A stretch of DNA of 64,000 nucleotides, taken from NCBI GenBank assembly GCA_013265495.1, contig MU058716.1, positions 130,264-194,263 on the forward strand. Direction: 5' to 3'. The notes below the pieces were generated by a model that made no database searches, was not told where the DNA came from, and worked only from the letters and a program-made list of their open reading frames with translations. Positions 37,316 through 50,141 of this stretch are shown here, in pieces (position 1 is the stretch's first letter; every line of letters starts with the position of its first letter). This DNA comes from Vicugna vicugna (lineage: Eukaryota). The position numbers and the translations under genes are program-made.

Positions 37316-40300
37316 CTCCTCTTCCCTTCCTTAAGTTCTGAAAGACAATGTTCCACATCATGCTTACACGGTATATTAGTTAAAAGGCAGACAGCAACCA
37401 TAAGTATATTTTCCCCTGGAGTTTCCCTTCTAACAGAATGATCAAAATGTGTGGCTCTTCTTTCTTATTTAACTTAATACACCTCTTTAAAAACTTGCAA
37501 AATTTCTACTCGAGTTTATTATATCCCTAGAAAATAAATTACAAAAAGATACTACAAAATATCCTTTCTAGTGTATGTAATTTAAAAGAGACCATGGAGG
37601 TGGAGGCTCTCAAATCACCAAATGATACAATCTCATCAGACTGGTAACAAGAAAAGTGAAAACCTCACTAGTCAGAGGTGTTTGTTTCGAGGAAAGGAAG
37701 AAAAGAAGGAAGGAAGAAAGGAAGGAATAAAGGAAGGAAACACCCAGCCAGATGCGTACCTATCTTGGTAGCTTCCACAGTGACCGATGATCAGACCCCC
37801 GGTGGTGACAGGAGGGGCCTGTCTGTCCTGAGCTTGCCGTGGCACTGAGCACGGCAGCAGAACAGACGCACTTTCATCGTGCAGCTTCTGCCTTCACATG
37901 TATCATTTCGCTACTTGTCGCTGACCCCAAAGGCACTAAGGTCAGGAGTGACGGAGGGGACCTGGAGGTGGTACCTGGACGCCGGGGCTTCATTCCCTCC
38001 AGCAGACGACTGGCACCTTCACTGTTCTCTGTTGTCCCTCCCACACCAGTGCTGCTCACGCCCAAATCAGGCCAGTCCTCGCCTGGGGCCTCACACGTGC
38101 AGAGACCTGCCCTCCCGTGCTCCACTCTTTCCAGGAAGATTAAATCCTACACAAATCTCACTATTTAACCACTGAATATTTTCAAGTTTGTTACAAAGAC
38201 TGTAACACACAGACCACAAGGAATCTAGCCAGCGCATATTTTTTTATTTTAAGTTACACATAAGGGACCTTCCTGAGTGTTCAATTAAGTGAAAATCTTA
38301 AAGTTAAAAAAAAGTCTATGTAAAAGGTGATAAATTAAGAATATTGAAATTTAAAGTTCTATATAAGACCAAGTACATGCTCTACTGTCCTATGAGAGTA
38401 GTAATAAACATTCCACAGATTTGCATTTTGACTCCTTAACATGGTGCTAACTTCACTTTGTGTCTTTATAAGCGGCATGCAGCACATCCTCTAACTCATC
38501 TAACAGCAGCGTGAATTTACCCATGTCAGGCGAGTTCTGAGCAGCACTGTAATGTGGTGTGAACAGAACCAGACGAGGAGTCTGAAAATCCAAACAGGTT
38601 CACCATTTGCTCACTTTGGGAGCTAGAAGTCCCTCCCCACGCTGACCGCGCTCCGCTGAGTGCGCCCTAGTCTGTGCTGAGCACGCCAGTGAGAGCTCTG
38701 CCTCTCACGGACCTGAGGGCGCTGCTCCTCTCGGGGAAACATGGTTTCCAAAGGTGGCCTGTCCCGATGCTTTCACCCGGATCCACCTGACAGATTCTCT
38801 GACAGCATTCACCACATTTGTACTTATGTTTCTTTGCAACAAGAAGTGATTTTTTAAAGTTTGCATAAATGCAAAGTATCATGATTTTTTTAGGCAATAT
38901 AGTCATATATGCAGATAAAACCAGGCAAAGTAAAACAATTATCCCAATTACATTTCATTAAATTGTTTTCAAAATTAGTGAGGAAATAGCATAAAGGCAG
39001 TGTCCGTGTACCCTCCACACAGGTTTGGAGTTTTATGGAAACTTAAGGTAGACGAGTGACTTGTCATTTTCATCTCCAACATGATCATAACCAGCTTTGC
39101 TGCGAACTTCAAGAAGCTGTCACAACCCGACCCAAACCATTCTTCTGTATGAAATTTCCAAACAAAAACCTTTTCAGCAGCCTTCTTCCACGAAGGTGGA
39201 TTATCATTATTCTTACACATCGAGTATCAACCCAGATACTGTTTTCCAGCTTTGAATAAGTTGTAACATTTGTTTTTCAGCAGTTCAGAAATCCAGGCAC
39301 AATATACTGTATTAAAAGTTTTTTAGGCTTGGAGACTACAATTAGGCTGCTAAACACAATCAGTTTATGAATAAGGCCCAAAACCGATGTCTAGTAAACA
39401 CTTAAACTACACCCAGCACAATCAGTTCTGTAATAATAGAAACTATACATCTTCATTCCACATTCCAGTCCATGGTCATATAAGCAAATGCCCCGAAAGC
39501 CTTTTCCAGGCCAGTCATTATTTGGAGACTGACTTTGGTCTAGATCAGTTTTTCAAAGTCTAAGTTGTAGATCATGAATAGTTGATCAAATCAATCTCAT
39601 GGGTCAAGAATAGCATTTAAAAAAGGACAGAACAGAAAAGTAGGAGTACCTCACATACAGTCAAGGATAAGCACTCTTTTTGAAACGTGGTTTATATAAA
39701 CATGCTTGTTTTATGTAAACACACATACACACAGAGGTCTACTGCATCATGATAAAATGTGGGTCATGGTCAAAGTCTACAAGCCAGACATGTAGCTCAC
39801 AGCTCAGTCTTGGTTCACCAGTCCACACAGGGGATGGGGACGGTGGGGGAGGGTACCTGGAAATGAGGCGCCAAAGGTAGTCCCAAAGCTGCCCTCCCAC
39901 ACCTTCACAAAAGCCCCTGCATATCCTTTGCTCTTTGGGCTCCCCAAAAGAGGAAATAAAATTTGCTTTTCATTTTCAAATAGCACTTTAAATAAAATTG
40001 ATTCTGTGAGAACTCAGCAGATTTCCAAAAATAATGATTTCCAGAGGCACAATGAGGTCTTGTGAAAAAAGTCTGACATCTAAAAATTTCAGCATTTTGA
40101 AAATTTAAATTGTAATGGATAGCCATTACAGGTGAAATTGGAAAAAATCTTTCCAAGGGCGGCACGTCCATGCTGTAAAATTAAATGTGTAAAAATGTTC
40201 ACTTATTTACGAGCAACAGTTTAAAATTTTACGTAAATTTTTACTTAAAAATTTAATATTTAAAAATATTCTGTGCCTTTTCAAATCATTTAATTTTATT

Positions 40301-40886
40301 TTTTGTTACAATTCTCTCATGTTTGGACATGAGAATTGGAACTGAAGGTTTATTAAATAAGGATATAAGAAACAACTAATAATTTTTAGAAAAGAAATAG
40401 GCACAAAAACGCCTTTTGGTCCTGAGAATCATGTGACATGCAATATTTGAGATTATTTAAAGCCCACCTATATCTTACAATAAATCGGTCATTTGGGGGC
40501 TTCTGCAATCTATAGCACCTCAAAGACTTCTTTGGTAAAAACGACCTAACAAGGGCTTTTCTTGCTCAAGACAATGGAATGTTCCCATCCAAGAAGGGAG
40601 ACCTCAGGCAACAGCTAAGGAGCAGAGAAGCGGTTCGGGAGGGAATTCAACCTCGGCTCAGTAGTGGGCTGGCCACTGCAAGTAACCCAGTCACAGGCAC
40701 TACCTGTAACTGGAAGCACGGCCCCTGGAGAGAGCTGAAGGCAGGGGCGGGCGGGGGCAGGTGAGAGCAGGTCGGGGAGTGGGGCAGGTGGGGAAAAAAA
40801 GGTAGGTGGGGGCGGGCGGGACGGCACCTCCCCGACCGGCGCTAGCGGGCGCTGCTTCCCGGCACCTGCTCGGGCCGCACACTTAC

Positions 40887-41080
40887 CTGCGGCCCCAGGT
40901 CCGGGCGAGGCCGAGCGGCGGTCGGGGCGCACCGGGGCCCCACCTGCGCGGGCGGCCGGGCGGCCGGGAGGGCAGGGTGACTCAGGCCCTGCGTGACCGG
41001 CTGACGTCAGTGTCCGCCCGGCTGCCCGCGGCTGACTTCCCGCCCCCGCCGCGCTGGTTCCAGGAAAGGCCGTGACGCCA
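40887..41080 (-). promoter_or_regulatory. CREM: Second intronic cAMP-responsive promoter and non-coding first exon (smICER-like)
   Basis: Perfect CRE TGACGTCA 41002-41009, TGACGCCA 41073-41080, AP-1 TGACTCA 40978-40984, STAT-type TTCCAGGAA 41058-41066, and consensus donor CAG|GTAAGT at 40887/40886. Confidence 0.6.
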
Positions 41081-41520
41081 CCTCTGGACCGGGACAGGGC
41101 GGCCGCCGCACAAACCCCCCGACGCCGGTGTCCAGCCGGTTCTGCAGCTCTGATCCGACACCGCAAGGGAATCGGAAGCTGCCTTTTTCACGAGTCGAGC
41201 AGAATGTGCGTTACCGCGCAGCTGCGCTGGGTCCGCAACAGGTTGCAGGTGAAGCAACAGCTGATTTCAGCGGCGAGACGCGCGGAGGGGGCCGGGGACG
41301 GTCCGCGCCGTCAGCGGCGCAGCACGTACCGGGCACCGGGCACCGGGCAGTACGCGCCGGCCCCCTAACCGCGCCGGGCACTCACGCTTCCAGAGTAAAG
41401 AAACTTCTCCCTCCTCGGCTGCTAGAAGTTAGCACTTTCCCGAACACCAGCGGTCCCTACATCGTTCTTCTAAACTTCAACCCAAATCCGCGGCATCTGA
41501 CTCCCCGCTGGAACTCTCAC

Positions 41521-41545
41521 CTGTGTCGTCCCCAGTCACGGCCAT
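41521..41545 (-). CDS. CREM: ICER-specific first coding exon (MAVTGDDT)
   Basis: gtcATGG start at 41545, 8 codons plus G, donor CAG|GTGAGA; matches the ICER N-terminus; phase 1 fits exons gamma and H. Confidence 0.93.
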
Positions 41546-41631
41546 GACGGGCCCCGCGCGCACCGCGCCGCCGGACCGCGCGCCGGCGCCGAGTGTTCCA
41601 GGCCAGCGGCGCGCGCAGGGCGAGGGGGCGC

Positions 41632-41683
41632 TGGCGTCACCGTGACGTCCCCGGCCCCGCGCTGCCGTCAGTGCGCTTTGTCA
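41632..41683 (-). promoter_or_regulatory. ICER P2 promoter CARE cluster (two pairs of CRE-like elements)
   Basis: Minus-strand TGACAAAG (41683-41676), TGACGGCA (41670-41663), GGACGTCA (41650-41643) and TGACGCCA (41639-41632), about 90-140 bp upstream of the ICER ATG. Confidence 0.85.
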
Positions 41684-41788
41684 CAGGCCGGCTCCCCGAA
41701 ACCAAACCCTAGCAACCCTTCCTGTGACGAACCAGCTCAGTGCTCTGGTTTCTCGTTTTTACATAAAATTCAGCTGAGTTGGGCTCCG

Positions 41789-41790
<2 letters not shown>

Positions 41791-41823
<33 letters not shown>
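41791..41823. repeat. Poly(A)33 tract
   Basis: Direct reading. Confidence 0.9.
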
Positions 41824-41826
<3 letters not shown>

Positions 41827-41966
41827 CTTAGCATGAAGAGTGACATGTTACGGGGCTGCTGCTTTATCATTGTTCTGTCCAAGGTTTCTAAGAAACCAAA
41901 GTGGTTATAAGCCCTACATATTTTTCATAACTCATAGAAGCAGAAAACAACTGATTAACAACTGAA

Positions 41967-42080
41967 GGGGGAGGGCAGAGCTCAGTGGCAGAGTACGTGC
42001 TTATCAGCACGCGCGAGGTCCTGCCCCTGGACCGCCAGTAAAAAAAGGGAGTAAAGAAATAAACCTAGTTACCACCCCCT
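41967..42080 (+). mobile_element. tRNA-derived SINE (Vic-1-like), degenerate
   Basis: ggggagggcagagctcagtggcagag head and aaataaacctagttacc tail. Confidence 0.75.
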
Positions 42081-43249
42081 ACACACACACACAACTGACA
42101 ATCAGCCAGAAGAACATTGTGAAACACAGAAGCAGACACTTTTAAATGTTCACCGACACTCTAAATCGACCAAGTAAGAAATACCCAGCTACCTTAGTTC
42201 ACTAAACACATTTTTATTTGCTACAACACCATAAAATCCAGCCTCTCCTAAGATGATACAGAATTTGCTAATTTCACTTGCAGAGAATAGAGACTTAAAT
42301 TTTAAAAATTCACTGTGCCAAAGTAGCAAGTACTAAGTAGCATTTTTCCATAAAAATTAGAAAAAACCATATGAATTTACTGTTATTCAAACTTTTTCAC
42401 CCACAAAAACAGCTATTTCATGTGGCTAGGTCTAATATACTAGCTTATTAAATTAAATATCCTTGAAAAGAATATTGTGATTTTAAAAAATCACAATTAC
42501 TATTTGTCAGTTTTTTAAAACATGTCCAACTTCATGTGGGTACTTAATGAGGGTTCAGCACACAAACAGCTAGCAATTCAACTGCAAAGTCAGACAGAAG
42601 ACAGGTGCCTGTTCCACTGTCTGGCAAACCACAGCCCGGGGGAAATGACACGCATCTCCACCACACAAAGTAAGGGCCGTATCACTGACCTTTATCCTTA
42701 TCAGTGCGTTTACAAAGCCCATTCCCTGGATAAGTACGAGTCAACCCGACCTTACATCAGTGCAAGGGCAGTCCACCACATTTCTGCCTTATTCGAGTAA
42801 GCACCTCTAGTAAGACCTCAGGGCCCTTACACTTGGACGCTTAGCAGGTGGAACATTGTGAGGACCCGTGTTTCTAGTCATTCTCCAGAGCACAGAAACT
42901 AAAGACACCCTGGCTAAGTCAAAAAGTCCGGGGCCCACCCCAGAATCCAGGGAGGACTTTTCTCCATCCCAGCCACACCTAAGGGCTTGGTTCCAAGAAC
43001 ACGAGTCAACTTTATTTCAAATTCCAGAAATTTCAAGTTGATTTTAATCTCAACATTCCTTTAAACTGGCACTTAGGTGCTCAGTAAAGATTAGTGTTAA
43101 AAAAAAAAAAGGGTGGAGGAAGGAAAGGAAGAAGGGAGGTTGGCTGTGTGACCGACTGCTGCCATTGGTAAGGTTTCAGTAAACCCCCTGGACCAGACAG
43201 ACTGGGTTAATCAGCACACAGAACTAGTAGCCTTTCCCCAGAGGAGTGC

Positions 43250-44290
43250 TTCACTTTCACTCAGTAAAGGTTAGTGAACATTTATCACGCCAGGGACTGT
43301 GCTAGGACTAAAGACCCCTGTCCAAACAGAAGTGACCCTGTGGGCGCAGGAGGAGCCAGCAGGGGTTCCTGTGAGCCAGACCTGGACGGGGGTTAGGGGG
43401 AGGCTTCCGAGGGAAGTGCTGGCCCATATGGCACCTGAGCAGTGCCCACCTCTGGGGAAGTGCTCCTGCCAGGGCCATGTGTGAGGGCCCAGAGAGGAGA
43501 GAGGGCCTCTCCCGTCACAGGAAGTGACAGAAATGCAGCACAAAAGAGGGAGCAGCAGAGGGAGGCGGCCAGGCCAGGCAGCATGGCCTGGATCAGGCAG
43601 GGGAGGGGGCTCTGCCAAGGGTTCTGACCGTGGCTCACAAGTAACAGGCACTCACCAAGGGCTCCAAGTGGGAGGCTGGCACGACCACGTGAATTTTAGA
43701 AGCACCACCCCTAACCACAGAAGGGAGAGTCTAGTGGAGAAAGGGAAACGCTGGAGGCAGAGACTTTCGGGTTTAAGCCACAGCAGTAGTTCCCAGAACC
43801 CTGGGGAGGGATGAAGAGAGAGCCTGGTGGAGAGCAGTGAAGAGCCGGTGCTTTAGCAATGAGAGAGAGTGACAGGCGCCACCAGGTTTCTGGCTGAAGC
43901 AACAGGGTGGATGGCTCCTGAAATGGGAACAACAGGAGACCTGGGGTGGAAGGGATGGAAGCAGGCTCTGGACTTCAGGCATCAGAGGTGTGGGCAGGGA
44001 GAGGTCACCCAGGGCCGGCACTCAGGCCAGGCGGAGGGGGCCCGGGATGTAACCCTGAGGGCCACCACCACCCTCAGGAGCTGGGCGGAGGAGACTGGAA
44101 GAGAGACAGAACACCAGGGAAGTGAAGGCAGCAGAAGCCAACAGCGCTAAATGCTGCGAAGGGACCCACCTAGAGGAGGACTGAGGCTCCCAGACACTGC
44201 TCTGACCTTTCAAGGGGAGGACACGCCGGGAGGTGGGCAGAGTGGGCAGAGAGGAGGGCAAGACCCCATGGACCCTGCTGCTGAACGGAC
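43250..44290 (-). mobile_element. L2 fragment
   Basis: L2 tail-like start and long purine-rich degenerate body. Confidence 0.55.
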
Positions 44291-44485
44291 CTAAACTCCT
44301 GGCCATTATTATCTTAAAAAAGAAGGAGAAGCAGAAAAGAAAGAAGAGAAAAGGAAAAGGAAAGGGAAGGCAAGGGAAGGAGGAATGAAGACGGGAAGGG
44401 AAAAAGCAGACATCTTGTATTTGACATAAAATTCACACAGCATCACAGGGTGATTCACAAAGAATCACGTATTAGAAGTAATTAG

Positions 44486-44618
44486 GGGAGGGTGTAGCTC
44501 AAATGGCAGAGAGCATGCTCAGCATGCATGAGGCCCCAGGTTCAATCCCCAGGGCCTCCGTCAAATAAATACATACAAACATAAATAAGCCTAATTACTA
44601 TCCACCCCCCCAAAAAAT
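44486..44618 (+). mobile_element. tRNA-derived SINE (Vic-1-like) with TSD
   Basis: TSD GTAATTAG at 44478-44485 and 44619-44626. Confidence 0.88.
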
Positions 44619-44629
44619 GTAATTAGATT

Positions 44630-45590
44630 TCAGGAAGGTTCATGGATAAAAGACAAGCTTTTAAAAAAAAGTATTTTTCCAGCAACAACTAGAAAACGTA
44701 ACAGAAAGCCACCACTCATCATAGCAACAAAACCATCAAGCATTCAAGAACTAACTGGATACAGAGTATGACAGACTCCTATGGAGAACATTTTAAACCG
44801 GTCAAAGAAGTTACGGTCTGAATAAGAAAGACAGTCTGTGCTCTGCTGGTTAAAACGTAAACTCATGCAGCCGCTATGGAAAACAGCATGGAGGGTCTTC
44901 AGAAAACTAAAACCAGAATTACGATAAGATCCAGCAACCCCACTTCTGGTTATTTATCTGAAGAAGATAAAAACACAAACCCAGAAAGCCCCACACGCCC
45001 ATGTGCACTGCAGCAGTAGTCACAACAGCGAAGACGTGGAAGCGATCTAATTGTCTATCGACAGATGACCAGGTAAAGCAGATGTATACACAAGCAATGT
45101 AATTTTATTCAGCTATAAAAAAAGGAAATTCTGCCGTTTGTGACAATCTAGACAGACCCCCAGGGCAGCGTCACGCCAAGTGAAATCAGTGAGAGAAAGA
45201 CACGCTGTATGATCTCACTTACATGTGGAATCTAAACAAAGAAAGAAAGAAACCCAAACTCAGACACAGAACACAGACTGGTGGTTGCCAGAGGTGGGCA
45301 GTGGGGGTGGGGAAATGGGTGAAGGGGGTCAAAAGGTACAAACTTTCAGTTATAAAATTACTAAGTCCCAGGGATGTGAGGATACTGGGTTGCGTATCTG
45401 CAAGGTGCTGAGAGTAGCTCTTAGACGTCCTCATCACATGAAAAATAATCTGTAATTATATATGGTCAAGGATGTGAACTAGACCTACTGTGGTGACCAC
45501 TTACTGCGACTTACACAAATGTCGACACACCATACTGTACACCTAAAGCTAATATAATGTTATGTGTCAATCACACCTCAACAAAACAAA
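44630..45590 (+). mobile_element. LINE-1 3' fragments
   Basis: gccgctatggaaaacagcatggag...tgatctcacttacatgtggaatctaaa...tatgtgtcaat. Confidence 0.85.
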
Positions 45591-47165
45591 AGGCTTCAGT
45601 TCTCCCTAAATTAATCTGTAAATTAAATGTAATCTCATCCTTGGTTTTATTATATTATTACTTGGAAACTCAAACTTATTCCAAATGCATGTGAGAGAAC
45701 AACAGTTCACAAAAGCTAAAACAGCACTAAAAAAAAAATTAAAAGAAAAAAGGGGCACTTGTTCTGTGACAGAAAACCCAGGTGGTGCCAGCACGCAGAA
45801 TGAGAGAGACCAGACTGCAGGAAAGAAACCCAGGCTGCGCAAGACCCACCGCACAGGGGCGGCGCCCCACATCCATGGGGAAAGGCCTGACTGGTGGGCA
45901 GGCAACATGGGCGCAACACATGGAGAAGACATAAGTGTGGTTCCCAGCTAGCACTCACACAGAGGTGGCTTAAGGGCAGAATGTGAAAGGTAAAACCATA
46001 AAGCCAGCAAAATCAATGCAGAAAAACATCTTTATGACTTACAGAAGAAAAAGAGTTCTGAAAAGCTCCAAAGTACAAAACTTATGCATGTACTATCAAT
46101 GCAAAACATGAGACATTTAAAAAAATCTCCTCCTTAAAGTATCACGTTCTCAGTGGACTTCCCATATAAAAGAGATACAAGAAATGTGCTTTATGATTAT
46201 TCATTTAAACATACAGGGTTCCTGAGTATCAAGGAAACAGAATGGGTGCTTTAATTTTATATTTAAAACATTAAAGTATTGGGAAAATAAAATGGATTTT
46301 TTAGTCCATAAATGTCACCACTTTAGCTATTCCTACACTTATATTATAGTCCATATTGGCCCCCCAAATACCGAAGAGTAAAGCTAATTATCAAGAGATT
46401 CGTCAGTTATAATCTGTTTTCTATACTTGTGATACTTTCAAACTAAAAGAACTGATAGTACTCCCCTTAAAATTAGTGCAAGTGAACTGAGGGGAATATA
46501 ATTAAACTAAAACGCAGGGTTTTTGAAAGCTGTACTGAACACATATGGTTATCTGAGCACGACTGAATAAAATAATGTATAACTCAGTTTTAATTGAAAT
46601 CTTAGGTTATTCTAAAAGCTCAAGGCTCTGTCCCAACTGTTTGATTTCACTGCTCTCAGCTTCCATAAGAGGAAGAATCTCAGAATTCAAACATACCAAG
46701 AATGGTGTAGAGGAAAAACAGCACTGGCTTTGAAATGAGAGGTCTAAAAAGCAGACTTGAGTGCAACAACAGGGGAAAAACCCAAATTCAGTGCATCGTG
46801 GACAGGATACTTGAATTTTCCTAGACCAGGCACTAAAAACATACTCAGTACAACGTTTATAACCCCCAAATGAAGAATATTTACTTAATTAAAAATTCAT
46901 TCAAGTTTCCAACTCCCTTTTTCCATTACGCTATCCTGAATTTAACTTTTCTATAGAGCCAATAAAACCTGCTAAAAGCTGGAAATTATATAATTTACTT
47001 AATTTGTTGTTTAATATACTAAGATATTTCTTCTTCAAGCCCCTTTAAGTGTCCCCTTACCCCCCAAATCTACCTGTGTATTTCAGAAAACTATGAAACC
47101 TCCAGGGAATGGCGTTCTACCGTAACCCCCAGGTACGCTAAACGTATTAGACGAATGACATATAC

Positions 47166-47354
47166 CTTGAACCACCACCTGGCTGCCTGGGACAAAGAAC
47201 TGCTGTGTGCCATCAGCTGACTGCGCTGCGTACTGTACGATTGTAGCACCTGGCGGAGGAGCTCCTGAGTTTGTCATTGTTAATGCCTGCAGGCCCTGAA
47301 CACCGTCAGATCCTGGGGTAGAAATCTGGATTGCTCCACCTTGGGCTATAGCAA
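47166..47354 (-). CDS. CREM: CREM exon G (glutamine-rich Q2 domain)
   Basis: 189 nt, phase 1-1; (I)AIAQGGAIQISTPGSDGVQGLQALTMTNSGAPPPGATIVQYAAQSADGTQQFFVPGSQVVVQ. Confidence 0.97.
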
Positions 47355-48288
47355 CTTAACAGAAAAAGAAAAGAAATATTAGAGAATTTCAAGATTCGTT
47401 TTTTAATAACCCCATATTGGAAGCATATACTCTGGGTCTATTTATTACCAAAGTTTCTCATTCTCAGGTTACCCTCAGGTCCCTGTGCTGAGCTGATGAG
47501 GGGACCCGCCCGCATGGATAATACTCTGAAAGAGCTCAGGACACTTGAAAATCTCTTACACTCAGAACTGTTTGAAACAGAACTCATGGCGTTTGCCTCC
47601 TCCCTGGCATCCCTCCACCTAGATGTTTAAGAGAATGCGTGGAGGTGTGGACAGGGAGAGCCTCTTAATCTTCTCCACTCTTTCCTCTATTTTTAGTTAC
47701 AGAAAAACAACATTCTTCTAACATTTAAGAAATGGCCCATTAAATTCCATTGAGCATTATAATTACAATGAATTTGTACCTTCATTCAGCAAACATTTGT
47801 CTAATTTATCATCAAAAGAAAGTATCTCCTAATGGAATATATATTATACATGTTGGCTTTAAAGCTCAAGTCTATAAAACTGTAACTGTTACCACTTTGA
47901 CTATGTCAGGAGAATCCTGAAATACAAAACATTAAGTTGGAAAGAACCTTAAAAGGTAACTATTGAAAGAATTTGTGCTACAATATTTACCTCTACTAAG
48001 CGTCTTGAACAAGAACAGCTAATGGCAACAAACAGGAGGCAGACGTCCTTTTAAACAGTGGGACTTGCCAGCCACATTTAAAAGTTAACACATTAACAGA
48101 AAGTTTCAAAAGAATAATTGATTAAATGTTATGTTTTTAAACTTCACTCTAATAGACAAGTAAGTACTGTTGAAAATACCTGAATTGTACATACTTTAAC
48201 ATAAAGATTACGACGCCATGTTTGAGTTTAAACACTAGAGATTAAGTGGAACCAAGGGCTATTCTTGTTAAAAAGAAGAAAATCACAG

Positions 48289-48368
48289 CGGGGAGGGCAT
48301 AGCTCAGTGGTGGAATGTGTGCTTAGCATCCTGAGGTCCTGGGTTTAGTTCCCAGCACCTCCATTAAC
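48289..48368 (+). mobile_element. tRNA-derived SINE (Vic-1-like)
   Basis: ggggagggcatagctcagtgg head; imperfect flanking direct repeat. Confidence 0.85.
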
Positions 48369-50004
48369 AAAAGAAGGAAAATTACATATAAATTGGCTAA
48401 CTAGACTTTACAATGAAGATAAAAATAATACATAATCAGAATAACACAGCACCTATAAATCAATGTCAGTGCCTTACAGGAGTGTTGTAGCAGTGTCCAG
48501 AGCACACCTGAACGTTTGAGTCAGTCCCTAACTCTGTAATGGTATCTAAGCAAAGGACCACGTAGGTGACCGCCTGACCTGAGAATCCTGGAGAGGGTAA
48601 CCACCACCACACACCTTCAGTTCTTTGACCTGAGGTTCTCAGGCTCACACAGAAAGATGGGTTAACATTTTTTTTTAAAGATTTCGACACAGAGGCACCG
48701 TCTGGTTTTGTTCGTTGACAGGCTGCTATACGATTGACAGAAACTGAAGAATCAGTTACCAAATGTCAACAGTGCTATGGTTGAGAAACTCGGAGTGATC
48801 TCACTTTATTTATCTGGCTCACCTGGAGTCTCACACTCTGTGCACATTTTACAAACAAGCTTTCACCAGGAGTCTCCAGAGATTCCAAGGGTCTCAGGAC
48901 TTACTCCTTAATAGTAAGAGGATTTGAGAGCAGTCTGAAAAAGGAGGGCTTTAAATCACTCTTCCTCTCTGGACATGAATGAGGTTCACACGTGATCATT
49001 TGTGTGAATGCATATTTTCAGTTGAGTCTGACATCATAGAAATGGCACTTTAGAAAGAACACACCCAAGCAGTGTGACCACAAAGCCCAGCAAACAGCAG
49101 GCACTCAATAAACAAGATGCATGAAGGGCCATCATCGCCTCAAGATAGAGTCTATAACAACAACTTAGGCCACTTGTGAGCCTAGAAGAGTTCCAAAAGT
49201 ATGGTTTCCAGTTATAATTATAGAACTGAATTTTCCATATTGACAACACAATTATCAAGCTTCTGAACTAGTGAAAAATCTAAGGTGAGAGCAGTTGCTT
49301 CCAAGGATAAGAACCATGAAACAGGTAGATGACAAGGATCCTTTCTTTTTTCTTTTTATACTTTTTCAGTCTTTTTTCCCCCAGTGTTTCCCCATAGTTC
49401 CAACCAAACTTCTTTGCTTTCACACTGTGTAATCTGTTTTATCAAAAATCTGTTCCTCTGATCATTTTATTTTCTGGTCATTATATAATTAGATGTTGAA
49501 AACAAAAGCCACACGCACACGCACACACAAGCTGGCTCTAGGAGGGAAATACTTCTCCTGATGAGTCTTGTCCTTTAATCTGGCTTTTATTTTTCACACC
49601 AGAGGTGCTCTTGATTTTGGCGTTATCCAACAACAGAGGGCCTTCCCATACAAAGCCTCTCAACTGACAAGAAACAAGATTTCCCAATGTTTCAGGATAC
49701 CAGAAATACACTTTGTGGGCATGTGTGTGCATTCAAAAGATTTGAGGAGGAAACTTTTTAGGTTACAAAATATTCAAAGATAGCATTAATATGTCTTCAG
49801 TAAACACACATCAAGATAAATAGTAGGAAAAACTAAAATGAAATTAACAGAATGAATTTAGTCATATCCTGTTTTAGCTAATTACTATTTTTTAACTTAT
49901 AAAAATCTTCTAGTGAAAAGAAAAGGTGAAAGAATTTTGTTATTTACTTTCCCTGCCCACTCATTCCAAATCATTTGTGTGTGTGTGTGTGTCTGGAGTA
50001 TTTC

Positions 50005-50141
50005 TTTTTTTTTAATTAATTTTTTATTGGAGATAATTAGGTTTTTATTTATTTATCTTTAATGGAGGTGCTGAGGATTGAACCCAGGATCTCATGCGTG
50101 CTAGGCACACACTCTGTCACTGAGCTATACCCTCCCTCTTA
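50005..50141 (-). mobile_element. tRNA-derived SINE (Vic-1-like) with perfect 15-bp TSD
   Basis: TGTCTGGAGTATTTC at 49990-50004 and 50142-50156. Confidence 0.92.

Larger units (their letters stand above)
40740..41700. promoter_or_regulatory. CpG island spanning the ICER exon and a downstream intronic promoter
   Basis: Very GC- and CpG-dense stretch with GC boxes, inside AT-rich intron. Confidence 0.85.

Noticed and set aside
40615..41547. Several long overlapping ORFs (up to 183 aa)
   Set aside because: Expected stop-codon depletion in a CpG island
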